Part shown: piece by piece, positions 9,297-18,022 of the stretch
How the letters are laid out: every line of letters begins with the position of its first letter
How positions within the stretch are numbered: position 1 is the stretch's first letter
From: Candidatus Calditenuis fumarioli
GTDB lineage: Archaea > Thermoproteota > Nitrososphaeria_A > Caldarchaeales > Calditenuaceae
Length of the DNA: 64,000 nt
Assembly: GCA_030059665.1 (NCBI GenBank)
Contig: JANVYR010000003.1
Location: 32,001-96,000, forward strand
Reading direction: 5' to 3'
Program-made: the position numbers and the translations under genes
The notes under the pieces: model-generated
The model's database searches: none
What the model saw: only the letters and a program-made list of their open reading frames with translations
What the model was told of the DNA's origin: nothing

Positions 9297-10691
9297 TCAC
9301 TGCCTCCTCATTTTTGGAGATGCCAGGGGTTCGAGGCCCATCGCTAAGCTGGCGAAGGCGATGCCCGTCAGGGCCAGCAGCAGCCCCGGAGGGATCACCC
9401 ACCACCAGTACCCCGTGAAGACGGCCCCTGTCCTGAAGCCGAGCTCGAGGATCTGGCCCCACGTCGGTATCGTCGGGTCTCCCAGCCCCAGGAAGCTCAG
9501 GCCGGCCTCCGCGAGTATTGCGGAGGGAGCGAAGAACACGGTCTGGGCGAGGAGGTAAGGTGCCAGCTGCGGCAGCACGTGCAACAGCATCACCCTGAGG
9601 TCGCTCGACCCCATCGCCCTCGAGGCCTCGACGAAGGGAAGGGGCGTTATCTGGAGGACCATCGACCTGATGACGATCGCGAGCCCGGGCCACGAGAAGG
9701 CCACGAGGAGCGCCATGATGGTGATGACGCTCGGCCTCAGAACGAAGGAGAGGAAGATCAGCAACGGGAGAAGGGGGACGTTCGCGACGACGTCGGCCGC
9801 CCTCTGGATGACCGCCTCGACCGCACCCCTGTAATAGCCGCTGAGGAGACCGAGGAGCGCGCCGATGGAGGTGACGAGGACCGAGGCGAAGAGCCCTATG
9901 CCCAGCGCCACCGGGAAGCCGTAGAGGAGCCCGAGCATCAGATCGCGCCCGACGCCGTCGGTTCCCATCAATCCGTAGTGGGACCCTCCGAGGACCACGC
10001 TCACCGATCCGACCCTGTCGCCCTCCGAGCCGTAGAACGCAGCCCTGACCGCGTAGCGGCCGCGCAGGACGACGAGCCTTCCGGAGGACGGATCAGGTGC
10101 ACCGAAGAGCAGGTGAGAGGGCTGCTCCGTGCCAGAGAGCTGGACGCCGTACCTCGCCGCGAGCTCCCTGCTCATGTATGCCACTCCCTCGGAGCCAGGA
10201 CCGACCTCGACCCTGAGAGGCCTCTCCGCGTACCTCAGGAACGGCGGCGACTCGCCGGCCCTGGGACCCGGCGGCGATATCCTCGCGACTGGAACGGCGA
10301 TTCCGTCGGGCCTGATCAGGTCGATGAGGAGGGCAGGAGGGTCGCGCTGGAAGCTGACCGAGCGGACCTTCACGATCAGGTGGGACGGTGGCAGGTCGGA
10401 TTCGAGCGCGAACGTCGCCTCCAAGACCTCGTACCCGTCACCTCTCACCACGGGCTCGAGCTCGATCTCCCGCTGGAGGGAGGGCCTGACGCCGAGCAGA
10501 TACGCGGACCATTCGGGAGGGGCTGCCTTCGGAAGATCGGCCCATGCGGAGGGGTCGTTCCACACCCTTCCGAAGTCGAGCGGCAGGAGCAGGAGCACGC
10601 CTGCTGAGACCAGCGCGAGCGCAGCGATCAAAGCGACCCCGACCCTCCCCGGCCAGGTGCCGAGCAGGACCCTCCACGCGGACTCCTCCAA
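9297..10691 (-). CDS. Dpp/Opp-family ABC transporter permease (DppC-like) with a large extracytoplasmic insert
   Basis: GTDGVGRDL, FVEASRAMGSSDLRVMLLHVLPQ (EAA loop), LSFLGLGDPTIPTWG. Confidence 0.92.
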   Translation of the reverse strand: MEESAWRVLLGTWPGRVGVALIAALALVSAGVLLLLPLDFGRVWNDPSAWADLPKAAPPEWSAYLLGVRPSLQREIELEPVVRGDGYEVLEATFALESDLPPSHLIVKVRSVSFQRDPPALLIDLIRPDGIAVPVARISPPGPRAGESPPFLRYAERPLRVEVGPGSEGVAYMSRELAARYGVQLSGTEQPSHLLFGAPDPSSGRLVVLRGRYAVRAAFYGSEGDRVGSVSVVLGGSHYGLMGTDGVGRDLMLGLLYGFPVALGIGLFASVLVTSIGALLGLLSGYYRGAVEAVIQRAADVVANVPLLPLLIFLSFVLRPSVITIMALLVAFSWPGLAIVIRSMVLQITPLPFVEASRAMGSSDLRVMLLHVLPQLAPYLLAQTVFFAPSAILAEAGLSFLGLGDPTIPTWGQILELGFRTGAVFTGYWWWVIPPGLLLALTGIAFASLAMGLEPLASPKMRRQ

Positions 10692-10694
10692 TCC

Positions 10695-11735
10695 TCACAC
10701 CCGTATTCTCGGATCGAGGTAGACGTAGATCACCTCGAGCGCGAACCTGGCAACCACGTACATCAGCGTGTAGAGGTACGTCAACGCCACCACGAGGCCC
10801 TCGTCGCCCGTCAGGACGGCGTTGTAGTAGAGCCTTCCCATCCCGGGCCAGTTGAAGACGGTCTCTGTCAGTATCGCACCTCCGAGCGATGCGGGAAGCG
10901 CGAGGATCAGGCCGGTCACGATGGGCGGCGCAGCTGGCCTCAGAACGTGCCTCCAGGAGATAGCCCGCTCCGGGAGGCCCTTGGCCCTCGCGACCGAGAC
11001 GAAGTCCTCCTGTGCGACGTTCAGGAGCATCGACCTCGAGGCGTAGATAGACGGGCCGGTGGAGATAGCCACCAGCGTCAGGACCGGCAGGAAAGCGTGC
11101 CAGAGGACGTCGATCCCCCTGGAGAACCAGTCCTCGGGGGGTGGGCTGCTGAGCATGCCGCCGCTGGGGAAGAGCCTCAGCTGGTACGCGAAGACGATCA
11201 GGAGCACTATCCCTATCCACCAGCTCGGGAGCGCGTTCGAGACCGCGGAGACGTAGGTGATAGCCCTGTCCACCCTGGAGCCAGCTCTCCTCGCGAGCCA
11301 GGCCCCGACCGCGAGGCCGAGGGCTGCCGATATCAGGAGCGACGTGGTCACCAGGATCACCGTGTTAGGTATCCGCTCAGCCAGTATGTCGACGATCCTG
11401 TTGCTGCCGGTGGAGCTCCGGGCAGAGCGCGCCAGGCCGAGGTCCAGCGTCATCACCCTCAGCACGGTCTCGGGTATCCGGGAGTACCAGGGCCTGTCCA
11501 GGCCCACCGCCCTCTCCATCTCGCCCTTCAGCTCCGCGAGGGCCCTCTCGAGCTCCTCAGGGTCCTTGATCCGCTGGGCGAGGCCCTCCCTCAACGCCCT
11601 CAGCTGCTCGCTGACGATCGCCTGGAGGATCCTGTCGGAGTATCCGGTGGCGCCGAGCACGACCACCATCAGGAACAGGACCGTCAGCAGGACCAGGAGG
11701 AGGGAGGCTGCCCTTACCGCGAGCCACCGGAACAT
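10695..11735 (-). CDS. Dpp/Opp-family ABC transporter permease (DppB-like)
   Basis: EDFVSVARAKGLPERAISWRHVLRPA, ETVFNWPGMG, YVYLDPRIR. Confidence 0.94.
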   Translation of the reverse strand: MFRWLAVRAASLLLVLLTVLFLMVVVLGATGYSDRILQAIVSEQLRALREGLAQRIKDPEELERALAELKGEMERAVGLDRPWYSRIPETVLRVMTLDLGLARSARSSTGSNRIVDILAERIPNTVILVTTSLLISAALGLAVGAWLARRAGSRVDRAITYVSAVSNALPSWWIGIVLLIVFAYQLRLFPSGGMLSSPPPEDWFSRGIDVLWHAFLPVLTLVAISTGPSIYASRSMLLNVAQEDFVSVARAKGLPERAISWRHVLRPAAPPIVTGLILALPASLGGAILTETVFNWPGMGRLYYNAVLTGDEGLVVALTYLYTLMYVVARFALEVIYVYLDPRIRV

Positions 11736-11741
11736 CGTCCC

Positions 11742-14291
11742 CTATCTCTTCCGCCTGGACCTGAGAAGGGCCACCGAGACGACCGCTATGACGGCCACTG
11801 CGACCAGGGCCACGAGAAGGGCCGTCTGCGTGAAGGCGCCCTGCGGGGCCTCGCCGGTGACCGTGGGGGTGGTGGTCTGAGTGGTGGGCGTCGCGGTGGT
11901 GACGGCCGTCTGCGCTCCGGCCGGGAGGACCTCGACCGAGAAGGCGAAGGGCCTGACCACGCCGAGGTTTTGCTCGTCGCGGAGGACGACCTCCAGCGTC
12001 AGAAGTCCCCTCCTGAGGGCCGAGGTCTCCTGGGGTGTGAGCTCCACTGTGAGCAGGCCGCCGGTGACCCTAACGTCCCTCACGGCCTTGACGGTGGTAC
12101 CGGTGGACCTGTCGTACAGGAAGGCGTCGGCGGTAACGCCCTCTGGACCGGTGACGCGTACGGAGAGCGAGGAGGCCGAACCTATGACCACCTGCAGCCT
12201 GCCCGCTGACGCGGTAGGCAGCTCCACCCTTCTGGCGAGACCGCTGAAGCTCCCCTTCGAGAAGGGATATGCCTGGTCACGGAAGGCCCTGAGCTCGGCG
12301 GTCTGGGCTGCGCCGTCGAAGCGCTCCAGGACGAACGGCCCGTTGCTGATGACCAGGTGCCTCCGCTCGCTGAACCACCTGATGGCCGCCTCGTACCTCG
12401 ACTTGGCCTCCTCGGGGGTCACGATACTCCTCCCGTCCAGCTCGAAGACGCCCCTCGGGACGAAACCCCTCTCGGAGAAGTCGCGGAGCACCTCGACCAG
12501 CATGCGGCCGTGGAGCTCCTTGACCAGGTTGAGCCAGGGGACGTTGAACCGCATCGCTGAGGTGTCGCTGTAGGCTGCCCTCCTCCTCGCGAAGACCAGC
12601 TCGTCCATCGCAGCGAGCACCTCCCATGGCATCGACGGGAACCCTATCGCAGCGTACTCCGCGATCTTGTCCTGCTCGAAGTGCCAGTAGTCCACGTAGA
12701 CCTCGAGGTACCTGTCGCCGACTATTCGGATGCCCTTAACCGTCTCGAGGTAGGGCCTGCTCGTCACGGCTATCGCGGTCTCGATCCTGTTCTTGTCGGG
12801 GTTGTATGAGATCTCGAAGGCCTGGTAGATCGGGTAGAGGACGTCCGCCCAGGTGATGGGCCTGCCGTGGTGCCACGGTTTCCCTATGTAGAGCGACATG
12901 TCGAAGGTCACCTTGCTCCTCGCGGTGGTTCCCGGCGACACCCTCCTCCAGGAGCCCGTCGAGGCGTCCCAGATCACGGCGTCCGCCGGCACCTGAAGGG
13001 AACCGGTTGGCCCGGCGGTCTCGACGCTGAAGCTGGACCTGAAGGGGATCGTCTTTCCGGACACCGGGTCCCTCGCGAGGCCGGGGTCCACCACGTAACG
13101 CCATATGTCGACGCTGTAGACGTCGCCGAAACCTCCGACGGGGTTCCAGGTGGTCCGCTCGGTGTCGACCCAGAGGTGTCCGACCCTGAGGGTGTCCCTT
13201 CCCTCCACGTAGGCCTCCCTGAGGCTGAAGGGCGACCTGACGCCCGCCACGAGGTCGGTGATGAGGTTCCTCACGCTCTTCGAGGCCGGGAAGGCGTTGA
13301 TCACCGTGACCACCCAGACCCGCACCGACTCGTCGAGGCAGAGGGCCGTCATCCTCCGGTAGAGCTCGTTACGCTCCGCGAGGTCCCTGAACTCGCCCCG
13401 GAAGATCCGCTGGCCGAGCGTGTCGAGCTCCGGGTTCTCGTACTGCCAGAAGCCGACCTCCCTCCACCCGGGCATGTTGCCGAGCCAGGGAGCGCAGAAC
13501 TGGTTTATCCCCGTCGAGTCGTACCTCTCTATCCCTCCCCTCGCCCAACCCTCGGTGTAGGCGTGCCACGCGAAGGCCCTCGGATCGGTCGAGTAGACCC
13601 TCTGTATCGCTGGCCCGAACTCGAGGAGGATCTCCTCCACGTTGAACCCGAGCCTCCTCAGCTCCGATGCGAACGCCAGCCCTATCTCCCTCCTCTCGTC
13701 CTCGGGTCTTATGATGACCCGAACCGTCACAGGCCTCCCGTTGTAGTGCCAGACGCCGTCCCTGAGCTCCGCTCCGACCTTCCTCATCGCGTTCGAGACT
13801 ATTTCCTTCGCGTATTCCGGATCATACCTTATGTTCCTCGATACTATAACATCGCGGACGGTGAGGTAATCGAGGTCGGTTGGCGAGACGTGGGTGTACA
13901 TCGGCATGGCGAGCCCCCCGTAGAACCTCGTGGCGACGGCCTCCCGATCGATGACGTACTGCATCGCGTACCTCACCTCCCTGATCGAGAAGGGGTTGAG
14001 CTCGCCCGCCGGGGCCGGTGCGGGGTTGAGGACGATCGAGACCGTGCTGGAGGGGACCTCTATCAGCGTCAGGTCGCCCCTCGCCCTGAGGGCCCTTGCC
14101 GCCTCCGACTTCAGGTTGTAGAAGAACAGGTCGATGTTTCCTGCCCTGATCTCCTGCTCGGCGATGTCCTGCGACCCGAGGCCCCTGAAGATCACCCTCT
14201 CCGCCGCGGGGCCCTTCACCTCCTGTGCTGCGGCAAGAGGCAGGAGCGAGACCAAAAGCAGCAGCGTGACCGCGAGCGCAGTCCCCCTCAA
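11742..14291 (-). CDS. Family 5 solute-binding protein with Thr-rich linker and C-terminal TM anchor
   Basis: Signal peptide, NPFSIREVRYAMQYVIDRE, TTATPTTQTTTPT linker, TM helix and a basic tail (RSRRKR). Confidence 0.9.
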   Translation of the reverse strand: MRGTALAVTLLLLVSLLPLAAAQEVKGPAAERVIFRGLGSQDIAEQEIRAGNIDLFFYNLKSEAARALRARGDLTLIEVPSSTVSIVLNPAPAPAGELNPFSIREVRYAMQYVIDREAVATRFYGGLAMPMYTHVSPTDLDYLTVRDVIVSRNIRYDPEYAKEIVSNAMRKVGAELRDGVWHYNGRPVTVRVIIRPEDERREIGLAFASELRRLGFNVEEILLEFGPAIQRVYSTDPRAFAWHAYTEGWARGGIERYDSTGINQFCAPWLGNMPGWREVGFWQYENPELDTLGQRIFRGEFRDLAERNELYRRMTALCLDESVRVWVVTVINAFPASKSVRNLITDLVAGVRSPFSLREAYVEGRDTLRVGHLWVDTERTTWNPVGGFGDVYSVDIWRYVVDPGLARDPVSGKTIPFRSSFSVETAGPTGSLQVPADAVIWDASTGSWRRVSPGTTARSKVTFDMSLYIGKPWHHGRPITWADVLYPIYQAFEISYNPDKNRIETAIAVTSRPYLETVKGIRIVGDRYLEVYVDYWHFEQDKIAEYAAIGFPSMPWEVLAAMDELVFARRRAAYSDTSAMRFNVPWLNLVKELHGRMLVEVLRDFSERGFVPRGVFELDGRSIVTPEEAKSRYEAAIRWFSERRHLVISNGPFVLERFDGAAQTAELRAFRDQAYPFSKGSFSGLARRVELPTASAGRLQVVIGSASSLSVRVTGPEGVTADAFLYDRSTGTTVKAVRDVRVTGGLLTVELTPQETSALRRGLLTLEVVLRDEQNLGVVRPFAFSVEVLPAGAQTAVTTATPTTQTTTPTVTGEAPQGAFTQTALLVALVAVAVIAVVSVALLRSRRKR

Positions 14292-16615
14292 TTCCCGGCA
14301 CCCCCCTTCCTGGAACCGCCCAGAGCCCTGGAGACCACAGCGTAGACCGCCGCGAAGACCGCCCCGAAAATCACCGCGAAGACCAGCGTTGCCGTGAAGT
14401 TGTTGCCGCTGCCGGAGCCCGATGACGTGGGGCCCGCTGATGCAGCCGGCGCACCGCTCAGCTCTCCGACCTTCGCCGCGAGGGAGTCGGCGAGGCTTCT
14501 TACCTCATCGAGCTGCTTCCGTATCGAGTCGAACCCGAACTGCGTGTAGAACGAGGCCTGCGCGAAGTTCCCCGACTGGTCGTAGACGACCACCGACTGG
14601 GAACCCTCTGTCGTGACCGGAAGGAAGAGCCTGACGGTGAAGGAGCCCTCGGAGTCGGAGCGGGTCGTGGCGATGACGGACCCTGAGACCTCGACGTAGA
14701 TGTTGGATTCGGGCTGGAACCCTGTGCCCCTGACCGTCACGCTCTGCCCTGCTGCTCCGACAGGGGGAGAGATGAAGACGCTCGGCTCCCTCATCGGCCT
14801 CAGCCTCGCGAAGCCTATCTTCTGGTTCAGCCCGAGGAACTCGCCGAGCCTGCAATCGGCCCAGACCGCGTAGACGTCGTTCTCCGTCGCCTTGATCGCG
14901 AAGTAGTCGCCGATGAAGGCGCCCTGCGGGAAGCAGTAGTTCGGGTTCGAGTAGGCGTCGGTGACCCTCGTGTTGACGAACCTCTGTCCTATCTCCTTCA
15001 CCTCGAAGCCCCAGGTCTCGCCCCTGTCCTCGCTGCGGGTGTAGTAGATGTGGTAGCGGATCTCGCTGGGGTCGTCCCTCATGTCGCCCCATATCACGTG
15101 GATCGTCCCCTTCGGGTCCACCGCGATCGCAGGGAAGAACTGGAGCCTGTTGGTATCGTCGTCGTTGAGCCTGACAGGCCTGCTCCAGGTCCTTCCTCCG
15201 TCGAGGCTCCTGACGAAGTAGACGTCGCCGTCGTCCAGCGGCTTATCCGCGGGCCTCCCGACGAAGACGATGTAGACCTCACCTTTGGGGCCGACCGCCA
15301 TCTGGGGGAAGGCCGATCCCCAGAACCTGAAGTTGGCGTTCCTAGGTGCGAAGGATATCTCGTTGAAGACGGCCGCCGTCACCGGAGCGCTCCAGGTCCT
15401 TCCTCCGTCGTCGCTCCTGACCACCCTGATCTCCGCGAGCCCGCGCATCTCGCCGTCGTCCAGCGTGTCGAGGTAGGCGACGTAAACCGTGCCGTCGGGT
15501 GCCACGGCGACGTTCGAGCCCTGAAGCACCCTCTTCTGGCCTGCTCCTGGCCCGAACTGCCTGACGACTGTCGGGCTCACCGCCACCGGTGCGGTCCAGG
15601 CCCTACCTTGGTTCGTGCCCTTGACCAGCTTGATGGTGGTCTCAACTACGGGATTCGCGAGGAAGGCCAGCTCGCCGGAGTAGAAGATCTCGTACACGGT
15701 GGCGAACTCGGTGTAGGTCACGTAGACGGCGTCCTCGTTCGGATTGAGCTTGTCCGGACCGACCGCCATCCAGGGCTTGTCGATGAACTCGAACGAGATC
15801 TGACCCCTGAGGCGCCCGGCCTCGTCGATGAAGGAGCGCCTGAGCTTGATGTCGCTCCTGGCAGCCGAGATGGGTTCCGACCAGGCCCTCCCGCCGTCTG
15901 AAGAGGTCGAGACCGCGACGCTCGAGACCAGGTCCACAACCACATACGGCCCGACCCTGAACTCCTCCTCGCCGATGGAGAGCATCGCGTAGTACGCGTT
16001 ACCCCTCCTGTCGAAGCCGACCACGGGGTCACCACCGGTCCCTAGGTCGCGCTGGAGGTACTTGACCAGGAATGGCCCCTCCCAGGTCTGGCCGCCGTCG
16101 ATGGAGACGTAGGACGTGACGCTGGGGAAGCTGTAGTCTATCACGCCCACAACTATGTGGTCCGGGTTCCTCGGGTTCACTGCGATGTGGGGCTCTGTCT
16201 GAAACGGGTACTGGCTGAGGTCACGCGTGATCAGGACATTCCTCGAGAAGGCGGGTGCGGGGCTCCTGAAGGGGACTAGCACCCCAGCGGCTCCAGGAGC
16301 CTGGAGGGCCGGCGTCGGCGATCCCTGTGCTGGCCGCCCGGACTCCTGCACCGTGCCCATCCCCTTGACCTCACCCCCCTCACCCTCGGAGGCGAGCGAC
16401 GTGACGGGGTCAACGCCGGAGAGGATCAGGGGAGTCCTGCCCGAGAGCATGTGGGAGATCAGCCTGGCAGCCTCGAACCTGTGCACCACCGGCGGCGGCA
16501 TCGGGTTCCTCGCCTCCACCTCGCCCGCCAGAACCGCGTTCACCGGGATGAGGGCCGCGAGCAGCAGGACGGTTAGCAGCAGCGAACGGGTTGCCGTGGA
16601 CCCTATCAGGACCAT
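14288..16615 (-). CDS. Surface-anchored BNR/Asp-box beta-propeller (sialidase-like fold) with Ig-like domain, short coiled coil and TM anchor
   Basis: Signal peptide and Asp-box repeats SIDGGQTW, SSDGGRAW, SDDGGRTW, SLDGGRTW, SEDRGETW; TEPHIAVNP motif. 4-nt ATGA overlap with the SBP gene. Confidence 0.85.
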   Translation of the reverse strand: MVLIGSTATRSLLLTVLLLAALIPVNAVLAGEVEARNPMPPPVVHRFEAARLISHMLSGRTPLILSGVDPVTSLASEGEGGEVKGMGTVQESGRPAQGSPTPALQAPGAAGVLVPFRSPAPAFSRNVLITRDLSQYPFQTEPHIAVNPRNPDHIVVGVIDYSFPSVTSYVSIDGGQTWEGPFLVKYLQRDLGTGGDPVVGFDRRGNAYYAMLSIGEEEFRVGPYVVVDLVSSVAVSTSSDGGRAWSEPISAARSDIKLRRSFIDEAGRLRGQISFEFIDKPWMAVGPDKLNPNEDAVYVTYTEFATVYEIFYSGELAFLANPVVETTIKLVKGTNQGRAWTAPVAVSPTVVRQFGPGAGQKRVLQGSNVAVAPDGTVYVAYLDTLDDGEMRGLAEIRVVRSDDGGRTWSAPVTAAVFNEISFAPRNANFRFWGSAFPQMAVGPKGEVYIVFVGRPADKPLDDGDVYFVRSLDGGRTWSRPVRLNDDDTNRLQFFPAIAVDPKGTIHVIWGDMRDDPSEIRYHIYYTRSEDRGETWGFEVKEIGQRFVNTRVTDAYSNPNYCFPQGAFIGDYFAIKATENDVYAVWADCRLGEFLGLNQKIGFARLRPMREPSVFISPPVGAAGQSVTVRGTGFQPESNIYVEVSGSVIATTRSDSEGSFTVRLFLPVTTEGSQSVVVYDQSGNFAQASFYTQFGFDSIRKQLDEVRSLADSLAAKVGELSGAPAASAGPTSSGSGSGNNFTATLVFAVIFGAVFAAVYAVVSRALGGSRKGGAGN

Positions 16616-16673
16616 CGCTCCCTCGGTTCTCGGGCTCTGATAAGAGATTTTGCGAGATCCCCTGACGTGGGGT

Positions 16674-17327
16674 TCACTGGGTCGGCTGCGCGGCCTTCCT
16701 CCGCTCGAGGACGCGCTTGATGTGCTTCAGCTTGACGAAGTAGTCGCGGTCGGACTCCTCAAGGGCCATCGAGATCTCCTTGATGGCCTGCTTGTACCTC
16801 GGCATGATCACGTACTCCAGCGCGTTGAGGAGGCGCTGGGTCCTCCTGAGCTCCTCTGCTATCCTGAAGATGGCGCTCTCGACCGCGGCCGCCTTGCAGA
16901 CCTCCGGGATCACGGCCCTCAGCTTCCGGGCAGCCTCGTCGAGGTCGACCGTCGTCTCGAGGAAACCGTAGGGTAGGGGGAACCTGGCCTCCTCCACCTC
17001 CGCGGTGGGCACCTGTATCCCCATCAGCGTGTAGGACCTGACCTTGACGGATAACGTCTCGCCGAGCGTCCGGGAGACGAGCTCCGTCACCTCGGGCCCG
17101 CACCTGACGTAGGCGGCCGCCAGGTCCGAGTAGGCCTCCTCGAGCCGATCGGTTATCGCCTCCCTCAGCTCCTGGGCCTGGTCGATGAGCTCGTTCAGCG
17201 TCCTCACCAGCACGTCTCTCTTGTCCTCGAGGATCCGGTAAACGCGCTCCGCCGTCCTGAGAGAGCGCTTCAGCTGGAGGAGCTCCAGCCGCGTCTTGAG
17301 GTAGCCGCCGCCGAAGGAGACCGACAT
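16674..17327 (-). CDS. atpD: A/V-type ATP synthase subunit D (isolated copy)
   Basis: TRLELLQLKRSL...ILEDKRDVL, PYGF, IAEELRRTQRLLNALEYVIMP. Confidence 0.9.
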   Translation of the reverse strand: MSVSFGGGYLKTRLELLQLKRSLRTAERVYRILEDKRDVLVRTLNELIDQAQELREAITDRLEEAYSDLAAAYVRCGPEVTELVSRTLGETLSVKVRSYTLMGIQVPTAEVEEARFPLPYGFLETTVDLDEAARKLRAVIPEVCKAAAVESAIFRIAEELRRTQRLLNALEYVIMPRYKQAIKEISMALEESDRDYFVKLKHIKRVLERRKAAQPTQ

Positions 17328-17398
17328 CCGCCGTCTCCCGCCTCCTTGGTGCCCTCAGTCCTCCCGTATTTAGACGGTGAGCTGAGGTTCGATCGCGT

Positions 17399-17701
17399 CT
17401 AGGACATCCAAGTCAGCCCATCGCTCGCCCTCCGCACTAGCTCCGAATCCGGGTCCATTCCCAGCACCTCGCTGAGCAGGTATACCTTGCTCATCGCAGC
17501 CGCCCACTCCTCGCGGACTCCTCGGCCCATGTCCTGATGGTGGGTTGCAGCCGTCAACCTCCCCAGAAGCGTCAGCGGCATCCCATGAGAGGGTTCGAGG
17601 ACGACCGGTGCGTCTCCGGCACGAGGTCCATCCATGGCCAAAACGTTCCCACATTCGCAACGCTGAAATCGCGGCCGGACTTTCGGCCCACCCTTCCACA
17701 T
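17399..17701 (-). CDS. Hypothetical protein (100 aa, CxC motif)
   Basis: Fills the gap between atpD and the PolB2 cassette with a protein-like composition (RCECGNVL...helical C-terminus). No family recognised. Confidence 0.4.
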   Translation of the reverse strand: MWKGGPKVRPRFQRCECGNVLAMDGPRAGDAPVVLEPSHGMPLTLLGRLTAATHHQDMGRGVREEWAAAMSKVYLLSEVLGMDPDSELVRRASDGLTWMS

Positions 17702-17749
17702 TCGCCGAGCTCTCCCTCGATATCAGGAGCCGGGTTCGCGGAGCGGGGG

Positions 17750-18022
17750 ATGGGTAGGAACGTGCCGACGTACAGGCAGAGGCTGGAGCAGGAGCTGGCG
17801 CGGTGGGCGAGGTTCAGGGCCGCCCTGCTGAGGTCGGAGCGGGAGGACTTCGACTCCCTCGCCTCTCAGGCCTTCCGCTACGTCCACGCGTGCGTCATGT
17901 ACCCGGAGAGGGAGGCGTTCGACCTGATGCTGGTCTCGCTGCTGCTGGCCCACGAGTCGAGGCTCAGGAGGCTCGAGAGGGCGCTGGAGGGGCTGACGGG
18001 GGAAAATGGCGGTCAGGGGTAG
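17750..18022 (+). CDS. PolB2-associated small helical protein (arCOG07300-like)
   Basis: MGRNVPTYRQRLEQELARWARFRAALL...FDLMLVSLLLAHESRLRRLE matches my recollection of this family. It overlaps the polB2 start. Confidence 0.8.
   Translation: MGRNVPTYRQRLEQELARWARFRAALLRSEREDFDSLASQAFRYVHACVMYPEREAFDLMLVSLLLAHESRLRRLERALEGLTGENGGQG

Noticed and set aside
10947-14345. Long antisense and alternate-frame ORFs (e.g. 10947-12209, 12867-14345; also 31191-33062, 53456-55048)
   Set aside because: Shadow ORFs opposite confident genes, expected in high-GC DNA with few stop codons; they have no motifs.
15186-15411. Exact repeat ccaggtccttcctccgtcg inside the beta-propeller gene
   Set aside because: Explained by Asp-box (DGGRTW) protein repeats.
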